From Bacteroidales bacterium (GTDB taxonomy: Bacteria; Bacteroidota; Bacteroidia; Bacteroidales; UBA3663), in contig JAFZTS010000002.1 in assembly GCA_017618715.1 (NCBI GenBank), positions 71,062 to 135,061 of the forward strand: 64,000 nucleotides of DNA, given 5' to 3'. The notes under the pieces were generated by a model. The model did not search any database. It was not told where the DNA came from and saw nothing but the letters and a program-made list of their open reading frames with translations. Position 1 is the first letter of the stretch; each line of letters starts with the position of its first letter. Below are positions 1 through 8,563 of the stretch, piece by piece. Position numbers and translations under genes: made by a program.

Positions 1-52
1 CAATAAAAATCGATGCTACCAAATTTTGTTGTCTATTTCTTACTATTTCCGT

Positions 53-1636
53 CTAAAAGTACTGGGCGACGAGGGCATCAGCACAGCGCCTGCCATCCAT
101 GGCAGACGAAACAATGCCGCCAGCAAAGCCTGCACCTTCACCGCAGGGATAGAGGCCACGGACGGTGGGATGACAAAGCGTTTCCTTGTCGCGTGGGATG
201 CGAATAGGCGAGGAAGTACGCGTCTCGGTGCCGACAAGCAAAGCCTCGTCGGTGAGAAAGCCGTGAGCCCGTTGACCGAAGAAACGAAGACCCTCCTGCA
301 ATCGTGCACTGATGAACTTGGGCAACCAGAAATGCAAAGGACTGGCCACCACGCCAGGGGAATAGGATGAGGCTGGAAGACTGGTAGAAAGACGACCGCG
401 AACGAAGTCGGTCATGCGCTGGGCGGGCGCCACCTGGGTGTGCGTTCCGTTGAGCCAGCATTGATGTTCAATCTCCTCCTGAATAGCCATCATGGCCAAG
501 GGACTTGCGGGGTCGATATCGAGATGAAGCTGTCTAGCCAAGAGCGGGATATCATCGACACGAATCTCAGTGACCATAGCAGCGTTGGCCCAACGACCAC
601 CGCGCGAACTTGTGCTCATACCATTGACGACGATTTGGTCGGACATCGTGGCCGAAGGTACGATAACACCTCCCGGACACATGCAGAAACTATAGACACC
701 ACGATTATCGACCTGCGTGACGAAGCTGTATTCAGCAGGGGGCAGATAGTCGCCACGACCTTCGCTGGAATGATATTGGATACGGTCGATAAGTGGCTGC
801 GGGTGTTCCAAACGGCAGCCGATGGCCAAGCCCTTGGCTTCGATTAGAATGCCTTCGTCGTGAAGCATGCGATAGATGTCACGTGCCGAATGGCCTGTTG
901 CCAAGATGACGGGACCCAAGAACTCACGACCATCGAGGGTGCGTGTGCCGACTACCTCATTGGCTGAAAGGATAAGTTGAGAGACAACAGTCTCGAAATA
1001 AATCTGGCCACCGCAAGCAATGATTTTCTCGCGAATACTGGAAATGATGGCTGGTAACTTCTCGGTGCCAATGTGGGGGTGGGAAGCATCAAGGATGCCT
1101 GTGTCTGCGCCGAACTGACACAGACCTTCGAGAACACCCTGTATGTTGCCACGTTTCTTGGAACGCGTGAAAAGCTTGCCATCAGAAAAGGCACCTGCTC
1201 CACCCTCGCCAAAACAATAGTTGGAGTTAGGATTGACGCGCTGTTCACGGGTGATAAGAGCCACATCTCGACGACGATCGCGAACATTGCGACCACGTTC
1301 GATGAGGATAGGTCGCACACCCAATTCAATGAGCCGAAGAGCAGCAAAGAGGCCACCAGGGCCTGCACCGACGACAATTGCCTGAGGTGCATTGGTAGGT
1401 ACTTCGCGATAATTCACTACCTGATATGTCTCCTGTGGCGGTTCCTCATTGATATATAGATCCACATCGAGCTGCACCATCACCTGACGCTGGCGTGCAT
1501 CGATGCTGGTGTGCTTCATGCGTAATCCACACAGTGATTTACGAGGGATGTCATACTCGCGGCAGAGTTGTGCCTCGAGCTTCTCGGCATCGCGCCATAC
1601 CTGCGGCAGAACACGTATCTTGACGTTCTTAATCAT
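53..1636 (-). CDS. FAD-dependent oxidoreductase (COG2509-type 'NAD(FAD)-utilizing dehydrogenase')
   Basis: 527-aa ORF. Dinucleotide-binding motif IVVGAGPGGLFAALRL...ERG. C-terminal GEGAGFAGGI motif. Its ATG overlaps the radA stop (TAATG). Confidence 0.8.
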   Translation of the reverse strand: MIKNVKIRVLPQVWRDAEKLEAQLCREYDIPRKSLCGLRMKHTSIDARQRQVMVQLDVDLYINEEPPQETYQVVNYREVPTNAPQAIVVGAGPGGLFAALRLIELGVRPILIERGRNVRDRRRDVALITREQRVNPNSNYCFGEGGAGAFSDGKLFTRSKKRGNIQGVLEGLCQFGADTGILDASHPHIGTEKLPAIISSIREKIIACGGQIYFETVVSQLILSANEVVGTRTLDGREFLGPVILATGHSARDIYRMLHDEGILIEAKGLAIGCRLEHPQPLIDRIQYHSSEGRGDYLPPAEYSFVTQVDNRGVYSFCMCPGGVIVPSATMSDQIVVNGMSTSSRGGRWANAAMVTEIRVDDIPLLARQLHLDIDPASPLAMMAIQEEIEHQCWLNGTHTQVAPAQRMTDFVRGRLSTSLPASSYSPGVVASPLHFWLPKFISARLQEGLRFFGQRAHGFLTDEALLVGTETRTSSPIRIPRDKETLCHPTVRGLYPCGEGAGFAGGIVSSAMDGRRCADALVAQYF

Positions 1637-3048
1637 TATTTAAATAGAAGACGGAAGGCCTCATCTACACGGGAGACGGGCGAAAGCTGGATGCGAAGGC
1701 TCTTAGTCTCAATGCTCTTGAGAGCGATATTGGGGATGAGGATACGTTCGAAACCAAGCTTTTCAGCCTCCCGGATGCGTTGTTCGAGTCGAGCAACGGG
1801 ACGTATCTCGCCCGAAAGACCCACCTCGCCCGTCATGCAGGTCAGCGCAGGGAGCGGCATATCCAAATTGGACGATAGGATGGCTGCCATCACGGCCAAA
1901 TCCATGGCGGGGTCTGAAACACGAAGACCTCCTGCTATATTGAGGAACACATCCTTCTGCGCTAATTTGAAACCTACACGCTTTTCGAGAACAGCAAGAA
2001 GCATGTTCAATCGTCGCTGGTCAAAGCCTGTGGTAGAACGCATCGCCGTGGCATAGACGCTGGTACTGACGAGCGCCTGCGTCTCGATAAGGAAGGGGCG
2101 CATGCCTTCGATAGCTGCGGCAATGGCAACACCCGACAAATCCTTGTGGTCGGTGTTGAGCAACAATTCGGAAGGATTGGTGACCTGACGCAGCCCTGTG
2201 CCCAGCATTTCGTAAATGCCCAACTCGGACGTCGAACCGAAGCGGTTCTTGATGGCACGCAAAATGCGATACATGTAATGCTGGTCGCCCTCGAACTGAA
2301 GAACAGTATCGACGATATGCTCAAGCACCTTCGGGCCCGCGAGAGAACCCTCCTTAGTGATATGTCCGATGAGGATGACTGGCGTGCCCGACTCCTTGGC
2401 GAACTTGAGGATGCGTGCCGCACATTCGCGCACCTGCCCCACACTGCCTGCACTCGATTCGAGTTCGTCGGTGGCGATGGTCTGGATGGAGTCGATGACG
2501 AGTATGTCGGGTTCGACATTGGCCACATGGGTGAAGATCTCGTCGAGGTTGGTCTCACAGGCGATGAAAACATGATCGATGTCGCCCGTGGCCAGGCGCG
2601 TGGCACGCAACTTGAGCTGATAGGCCGACTCCTCACCCGAACAATAGAGCACTTTCTTGTCGGGGATGTTCATGACGGTCTGCAGGACGAGCGTCGATTT
2701 GCCGATGCCAGGATCGCCACCCAGGAGCACCATCGAACCGGGCACTAGACCACCGCCCAACACGCGGTTGAGTTCGTCGTCATGCATGTCGATGCGCTGT
2801 TCCTCGCGCGCCTCAATCTCTGAGAGCCGACGAGGACGTTCCTTCTGTCCAGGTAGGCCCAACGTGCCGCCATGGCTCCACTGGACACCACCGCCCTTAC
2901 GCGAAACCTTACCGATGGCACCCGTCTGCGCATCGACAATCTCCTCGACACAGGTGCCCCACTCGCCGCACGACGGACACTTGCCGAACCACTTGGGCTC
3001 GTCGTTGCCGCAGGCACTGCAGAAATATGCTGTTTTTTTCTTTGCCAT
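1636..3048 (-). CDS. radA: DNA repair protein RadA/Sms
   Basis: 470 aa. N-terminal zinc ribbon CSACG...CPSCGEW, Walker A GGDPGIGKST, KNRFG motif, Lon-protease-like C-terminal domain. Confidence 0.95.
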   Translation of the reverse strand: MAKKKTAYFCSACGNDEPKWFGKCPSCGEWGTCVEEIVDAQTGAIGKVSRKGGGVQWSHGGTLGLPGQKERPRRLSEIEAREEQRIDMHDDELNRVLGGGLVPGSMVLLGGDPGIGKSTLVLQTVMNIPDKKVLYCSGEESAYQLKLRATRLATGDIDHVFIACETNLDEIFTHVANVEPDILVIDSIQTIATDELESSAGSVGQVRECAARILKFAKESGTPVILIGHITKEGSLAGPKVLEHIVDTVLQFEGDQHYMYRILRAIKNRFGSTSELGIYEMLGTGLRQVTNPSELLLNTDHKDLSGVAIAAAIEGMRPFLIETQALVSTSVYATAMRSTTGFDQRRLNMLLAVLEKRVGFKLAQKDVFLNIAGGLRVSDPAMDLAVMAAILSSNLDMPLPALTCMTGEVGLSGEIRPVARLEQRIREAEKLGFERILIPNIALKSIETKSLRIQLSPVSRVDEAFRLLFK

Positions 3049-3059
3049 ATTCTAATAGT

Positions 3060-4154
3060 TCATTTATCGAGCAGGGCAGGTTCGTTCTTATAAAAATAAA
3101 AGCCCAAAATAAAAGCCAAGGCAAGAAACACGACAACCACCATAAAGCCAACCAATATCATATAACCAAGCACACGTCGCTTCGAGTAGCCGGAGAACTG
3201 CTTGAACGTCACAAAGATCATTATGAATGAAATGAGCTTGAGGAGTCCGAAACCCAGCAGTTTTGCGAGAATCGAGTAGATACTGTAGGTGTTGGAGGTA
3301 CAGATGATCGCCACCATGAACTCGGAATACCTTAGATCAGGAATGGAGGGAGTGGAACGGAAGAAGATGAACAAAGGCAGCAAGAACAACGCCAACAACA
3401 GCAAGGAGAAGATGGCTGGATTCTGTTCGCTGAAGACATCAAAAGCCGATAAAACCTTGAATAATAACTTGCCGACTTTAGTTTGCAGATGGAGTTCCTC
3501 ATAGGTCATGCTATTGTGCTCATCGTTGGCATCGTCCGCGTCCTCATTCTGCTCGGCTTCATCCTCGGTGGGTTGTGCGTCGGCCACTCTCGTCTCGGGT
3601 TGCTCGTCAGCCTTGACCACATCGGGCAGAATATCGTCGAGGTTTACGGTTGATTCCGTGGCCTTATTGGGCTCGATTGTTTTATCGACACTACTGTCGG
3701 TGTATTTCTTCTCGTACTTTTCGATGTCGAACGTGAACCCCTTTTCGACAATCAGCGAGAACGTGGCAAGCAGGAAGAACAGCTTGAAGGGTGATAAATA
3801 GGCGGCCTGCATGCCATTCAGATAGTCGCGTATCATGTAGCCCGGGCGCAACATCAGGTCGAAGATGCTGCGGAACACACTGCGGTTGTTGACGTCCCAC
3901 ACGTCGAGGAAGAGCGCAAGGGCCTTGCGGAACGAAAAACGTCCCACCACCGACGCCTGACCGCAACGGGGACAGTAGTTACCAGTGTATTCCGTGCCGC
4001 AGCACGCACACTTGCAGCTTTTCTCAGACAGAGGAGCCAACTCGTGCGGCTTTCGCTGCCAGATGCGGAAGGAACGCCACCAGACAGCCCGATGCCGTTT
4101 GGTAGGTAGGTATTTGACGAGTTTCTGTGACTTATTCATTGCACGCTTTGCCAT
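3060..4154 (-). CDS. Zinc-ribbon membrane protein (DUF3667-like)
   Basis: Zinc ribbon CKCACCGTEYTGNYCPRCG followed by several hydrophobic helices and an acidic linker. The ORF-track start at 4163 is a TTG; the first ATG (MAKRAMNKS) is at 4154. Confidence 0.6.
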   Translation of the reverse strand: MAKRAMNKSQKLVKYLPTKRHRAVWWRSFRIWQRKPHELAPLSEKSCKCACCGTEYTGNYCPRCGQASVVGRFSFRKALALFLDVWDVNNRSVFRSIFDLMLRPGYMIRDYLNGMQAAYLSPFKLFFLLATFSLIVEKGFTFDIEKYEKKYTDSSVDKTIEPNKATESTVNLDDILPDVVKADEQPETRVADAQPTEDEAEQNEDADDANDEHNSMTYEELHLQTKVGKLLFKVLSAFDVFSEQNPAIFSLLLLALFLLPLFIFFRSTPSIPDLRYSEFMVAIICTSNTYSIYSILAKLLGFGLLKLISFIMIFVTFKQFSGYSKRRVLGYMILVGFMVVVVFLALAFILGFYFYKNEPALLDK

Positions 4155-4167
4155 AATAAACAAAAGG

Positions 4168-4227
4168 CCTTTGCAGCGCCTCGGCTGACAAGAATATCGT
4201 CAGGATTGCCTTTTGGCGCTGCAAAGG
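4168..4227 (-). terminator. Nested hairpin between the LiaF-like gene and the zinc-ribbon gene
   Basis: Perfect 13-bp inverted repeat cctttgcagcgcc (4168-4180) / ggcgctgcaaagg (4215-4227), with an inner ctgac(4185-4189)/gtcag(4199-4203) pair. On the minus strand it is followed by ccttttgttt. Confidence 0.4.
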
Positions 4228-4229
4228 TA
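4222..4229 (-). promoter_or_regulatory. Bacteroidota -7 box (TAccTTTG)
   Basis: The reverse complement of caaaggta matches TAnnTTTG. It lies about 68 nt upstream of the ATG at 4154 and inside the right arm of the hairpin above. Confidence 0.4.
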
Positions 4230-4279
4230 AGAATAAAAAAGGAATTATCAAAACTTTTGGGATAAAATCACACGAAATT

Positions 4280-4831
4280 CTATTCCTTGATACTTACTCC
4301 ACCGAAGAAGTTGCTTGCGACAATGTGGAGACACGGAGAATCCTTTTGGGAGGTGCGTACTGCTTCGTTGCCGACACCGCCGACAAAGCTGCGACTCTTG
4401 ACCTCGACATTGACAGTCTTAGGAACAAACAACTCAACACCACCTAAGAATGTGCGGATGTCGATCTCCTCGTCCTCGGTGATGACTGCCTCTCGCAAAT
4501 CCATGCGGATACCACCGCAGAAGGCATCGAGACGGGCACCCTTGAAAGGCTCGCCGTGAAAGATGTACTCGTCGCCGCCATAACGAGCAGTGCAACAGAT
4601 GCGCTTGCCCTCCTCGTTGATCGGGACCGGACGCTGCAGCCATTGGTCATGGCTATTTGTGTAACTGCTGATAATTAGTTCCACGCCAATGAACAGGAAG
4701 AACAAAGGTGCAAGAAAGGATGTCCACGGCTGTTGCCAGATCCAATCCAGGTTGACGAAACCACACAGGTCGGCTATCTTTAGGAGTGCAGCCACTACGA
4801 AAATAATACCGATGATTTTCCTTCTTTTCAT
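4280..4831 (-). CDS. LiaF-like / cell-wall-active-antibiotic response membrane protein (DUF2154-like C-terminal domain)
   Basis: 183 aa. Two N-terminal TM helices. C-terminal repeats of the FxGG type (FCGGIRMDL, FLGGVELFVP, FVGGVG, FFGGVSI), as in LiaF/YvqF C-terminal domains. Confidence 0.6.
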   Translation of the reverse strand: MKRRKIIGIIFVVAALLKIADLCGFVNLDWIWQQPWTSFLAPLFFLFIGVELIISSYTNSHDQWLQRPVPINEEGKRICCTARYGGDEYIFHGEPFKGARLDAFCGGIRMDLREAVITEDEEIDIRTFLGGVELFVPKTVNVEVKSRSFVGGVGNEAVRTSQKDSPCLHIVASNFFGGVSIKE

Positions 4832-5016
4832 ATTGATAGATGTTAAATGTGTTATTGTGATAAAGACAGTTGATTTTTCGAGTGCAAAGATACGGCAACG
4901 GTTTCGTTTTACAAAATTTCAGGGATAAACTGCTCTTTTTTGTGACGAATTGCAGGAGGACGTGGGATAAAAAGCAGAAATGTGACAAATTGTTTGGTAT
5001 TATCCCAAAAAGAGTG

Positions 5017-5024
5017 TATCTTTG
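5017..5024 (+). promoter_or_regulatory. -7 box TATCTTTG
   Basis: Exact TAnnTTTG 9 nt before the ATG at 5033. This implies a nearly leaderless mRNA and argues against the GTG start at 4982. Confidence 0.45.
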
Positions 5025-5032
5025 CCGACTGT

Positions 5033-5947
5033 ATGGATAAAGGACAAAAAGAAACATTCCGAATACGTATCATCAGCGTCGGATTTACGGTGCTATCATT
5101 GTTCGTGTTCAAGCCCTTTGGACTCGAGGCTTGGCAATGGGAGGCATATGCCCACTTATTGATCATTGGCATACTAGGTTTCGGAACATGTATGCTTGTC
5201 GAGATTATCTTGAAGTATCTTGTCCGGATGCCTCGATCGACGGGACGTGGCGTCGATTACATCATACGCCGCAACCTCTGGTTCCAGCTCATCAACACTC
5301 CGCTCATTTCGCTGATCATTTGTCTCTATCGTCACTACGTGTTGAGCGACCGCGAGCCTGGTAATCATCTCTCGTGGAGCAATTACTTCGAGACATTGTT
5401 TATCATTGCTTTCTGTTCCTTTGCCATCGGCTTATACTGGCGTTTCAAGTTCCGAAATAGGTATCTAAGAGCCGAGTTGGAGGAGACACAGCTGCTGAAT
5501 ATGCAGTTACAGAGGATGCAGCAACCTCTTGCTGCGATGGACGAAAGAAAACAGACCGAAGAATCTGGCGAAAACGCCGCTACGCCATCCGACTACACCC
5601 AACCACCGACAACAATTGTTCTCACTGGAACGACAAGCGAGACAGTGACACTGCATACATACGACCTCCTTTATATCGAAGCCGTAGGAAACTATGTGAA
5701 GGTATGCCAATTGTGTGAAGGCAAGGTGCATACCGATATGTTACGTGCCACGTCGAAACAGATGGAAGACGATCTGAAAGACTATCCGATGATTGTGCGC
5801 TGTCACCGCGCCTTCCTGGTGAATCTAGGACAAGTGGAGAAGATTGTCTCAAAGGCGGGTTCCATGCAACTCGTCATGAAGCACAACCACGATGCGATAC
5901 CCGTCTCGCGCAGCAACATGTCACAAGTTAAGAATGCAATTAGTTGA
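5033..5947 (+). CDS. Membrane-anchored LytTR-family DNA-binding protein (no receiver domain)
   Basis: About 4 hydrophobic helices in the N-terminal half, then a coiled-coil-like LEETQLLNMQLQRMQ segment. C-terminal LytTR signature: LLYIEAVGNYVKV...CHRAFLVNLGQVEKI. Confidence 0.8.
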   Translation: MDKGQKETFRIRIISVGFTVLSLFVFKPFGLEAWQWEAYAHLLIIGILGFGTCMLVEIILKYLVRMPRSTGRGVDYIIRRNLWFQLINTPLISLIICLYRHYVLSDREPGNHLSWSNYFETLFIIAFCSFAIGLYWRFKFRNRYLRAELEETQLLNMQLQRMQQPLAAMDERKQTEESGENAATPSDYTQPPTTIVLTGTTSETVTLHTYDLLYIEAVGNYVKVCQLCEGKVHTDMLRATSKQMEDDLKDYPMIVRCHRAFLVNLGQVEKIVSKAGSMQLVMKHNHDAIPVSRSNMSQVKNAIS

Positions 5948-6004
5948 ACATCCTCTTTCTTTACATCCGATCTTTATTAACATTCTAACGACACATAAAA
6001 CAAT

Positions 6005-6754
6005 ATGGAACAGAAACGTGCCATCGTAATGGGAGCCACCTCAGGTATAGGTCAAGCCGTCGCCAAGCGACTGACAAAAGAAGGGTGGCAGGTGGGTATC
6101 GCTGGGCGCAAGCTCGACCGGCTCATTGAAATGCAGCGCAAGGACCTTGACATAGTCGCCATCCAACAGATTGACATCACACATGACAATGCGCCCGAGC
6201 AATTGCTGACGCTGATCGGGAAGATGGGTGGCGAGATTGACCTCTACTTCCACAGCTCGGGCATCGGCTACCAGAATCCCGAGCTCGATGCCGAAAAAGA
6301 GCTCGCCACCGTTGAGACCAATGCCCTGGGTATGACACGTATGGTGCTGACTGCCTTTAAGTACTTCGAGACTCATCCCGACCGCGAGGGACAGATCGCG
6401 GTTATCAGCAGCATCGCAGGCACCAAAGGACTGGGCGCTGCGCCAGCCTACTCGGCAACTAAACGTTACGTAAATCATTATCTGGAATGTCTCACTCAAC
6501 TGAAACACATCAAGGGGCTCAAGAAACTGACCATCTCTGATATCCGTCCCGGCTTTGTGAAGACACCTTTGTTGAGCGATGGAGGGAAATACCCGTTGCA
6601 GCTCGACGTCGAAAAGGTCGCTGAAGAGATTGTGCGGAAAGTTGAAAAGAAAAAACAGATCATCACCATCGATTGGCGCTACCGCATTCTCGTCTTCTTC
6701 TGGCGTCTCATCCCTCGATGGATATGGGTAAGATTAAGAATTATTTCGAAATAA
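6005..6754 (+). CDS. SDR-family oxidoreductase
   Basis: 249 aa. GATSGIG cofactor motif and catalytic YSATK. Confidence 0.85.
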   Translation: MEQKRAIVMGATSGIGQAVAKRLTKEGWQVGIAGRKLDRLIEMQRKDLDIVAIQQIDITHDNAPEQLLTLIGKMGGEIDLYFHSSGIGYQNPELDAEKELATVETNALGMTRMVLTAFKYFETHPDREGQIAVISSIAGTKGLGAAPAYSATKRYVNHYLECLTQLKHIKGLKKLTISDIRPGFVKTPLLSDGGKYPLQLDVEKVAEEIVRKVEKKKQIITIDWRYRILVFFWRLIPRWIWVRLRIISK

Positions 6755-6799
6755 CAGTATTTATGAACGATATAGCTACAAATCTCAAACAAACACACT

Positions 6800-8551
6800 A
6801 TGAATAACAGAATTGCTACCTTAGCAGCTTCAGTTCTGGTAATCGCAAGCTGCACACTCACTTCATTGGCTCAGGCACCTTCGAAGACCTGGAATCCCAA
6901 TGCGAAGAATGGAATGTATCGCAACCCAATCATCGATGCCGACTATTCCGATCCCGATGTTTGCCGTGTAGGCAACGACTACTACATGACATCGTCGTCG
7001 TTTGCATGTTTCCCCGGCCTGCAGATCCTGCACAGCACGGATCTGGTGAATTGGGAAATCATTGGTCATGCCTTGACCGACGACTATTCCGTTCTGGAGG
7101 AGTATGAGGGTACCGACTTAGATTGGCACAAGAAAATCCAGCATGGCAACTATGTCTGGGCCCCTTCGATCCGCTATCACGATGGATGGTTCTATATCTT
7201 TTGCGGCGACCCCGATCAAGGCCTCTTCATGACCAAGACCAAAGATCCAGCAGGTACATGGGAACCCATCGTCTGGGTGAAGAAGGGCAAAGGACTCATC
7301 GACTGCTGTCCACTGTGGGACGAGGACGGCAAAGCATACATCTCTCATGGTTGTGCAGGTTCACGTGCTGGTGTGAAGTCCATCCTCTTTGTTGCACCAA
7401 TGTCTCCCGACGGAACCAAAGTCATCGGTCCATCGCGCGTAGTTTATGATGGACACGAGGATCAACCCACCATCGAAGGCACCAAGTTCTACAAACGTAA
7501 TGGCTATTACTACATCTTTAGCCCAGCTGGCGGCGTGAAATATGGCTGGCAGGTGGAACTCCGCAGTCGCAGCCCCTTCGGCCCCTACGAAGAATTTGTC
7601 GGCTTGGCTCAAGGAAAGTCAAAGATCAACGGTCCCCATCAAGGCGCATGGGTTGATACGCAGAATGGCGAAGACTGGTTCATACATTTCCAAGACAAGC
7701 ATGCCTATGGTCGCGTCGTACACTTGCAGCCTGCCAAATGGGTCAACGATTGGCTCGTCATCGGCGAGGACAAGGACGGTGATGGTTGTGGTGATGCCGT
7801 AGCCCAGTGGAAGAAGCCCAACCTCCCCTCATCGGGTGAATTCCAACCAGCCGAAGATGACGAATTCGATTCCACGGAACTCGGCCTGCAATGGCAGTTT
7901 GAAGGCCCATACAGCCACTATTGGTATTTCTGCGACGCCAACAAGAGCAAGCTGCGTCTATATGGCGTGCAGCGTCCCGACGACTATAACAACCTCTCCG
8001 ACCTGCAGAACGCCTTGCTCCAGAAGTTCCCCACCGAGAACTTCACGGCTACGGCCAAGATGCAGTTCATCCCCAATCCGGAATACAAGGACAAGGGAGA
8101 GGAAGGCGGCTTCATTGTCAAGGGACAAGACTATGCAGCACTCAAGATCGTTAGCACTAAGGAAGGCTGCGAGTTGCGCTACGTGACCTGCAAGGATGCG
8201 ATGAAGGGAAAAGCAGAAGAAATCGTGAAACGTGTAGATCTGAAATTGTCGAAGATGAAGGCGCCTTACACACAGAAGTACGCTGTGGATGATATCCCAC
8301 AACCACGTATGGCAACGCAGGACGTCTATGTACGCGTTACGGTGAAGAGTGAGGGCACAGGCAACTCTATCAAGGCCAAAGCGCAATTTGAATACAGCTT
8401 GGACGGAAAGAAGTTCAAGAAGATTGGCGATGTATTTACGGTCAAGGAGGGTCGATGGATTGGTGCGAAGCTTGGATTCTACAACACACGCCCAGGCGTG
8501 AAGAATGACGGTGCCTTCCTCGACGTTGATTGGATAAGATTTGAAAAGTAA
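6800..8551 (+). CDS. Glycoside hydrolase family 43 (beta-xylosidase/arabinofuranosidase type) with C-terminal lectin-like domain
   Basis: Signal peptide. NPIIDADYSDPDVCRVGNDYYM GH43 N-terminal signature, WAPSIRYHDGWFYIF, and a C-terminal beta-sandwich region ending in DVDWIRFEK. Confidence 0.85.
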   Translation: MNNRIATLAASVLVIASCTLTSLAQAPSKTWNPNAKNGMYRNPIIDADYSDPDVCRVGNDYYMTSSSFACFPGLQILHSTDLVNWEIIGHALTDDYSVLEEYEGTDLDWHKKIQHGNYVWAPSIRYHDGWFYIFCGDPDQGLFMTKTKDPAGTWEPIVWVKKGKGLIDCCPLWDEDGKAYISHGCAGSRAGVKSILFVAPMSPDGTKVIGPSRVVYDGHEDQPTIEGTKFYKRNGYYYIFSPAGGVKYGWQVELRSRSPFGPYEEFVGLAQGKSKINGPHQGAWVDTQNGEDWFIHFQDKHAYGRVVHLQPAKWVNDWLVIGEDKDGDGCGDAVAQWKKPNLPSSGEFQPAEDDEFDSTELGLQWQFEGPYSHYWYFCDANKSKLRLYGVQRPDDYNNLSDLQNALLQKFPTENFTATAKMQFIPNPEYKDKGEEGGFIVKGQDYAALKIVSTKEGCELRYVTCKDAMKGKAEEIVKRVDLKLSKMKAPYTQKYAVDDIPQPRMATQDVYVRVTVKSEGTGNSIKAKAQFEYSLDGKKFKKIGDVFTVKEGRWIGAKLGFYNTRPGVKNDGAFLDVDWIRFEK

Positions 8552-8563
8552 GAACAAATAATA

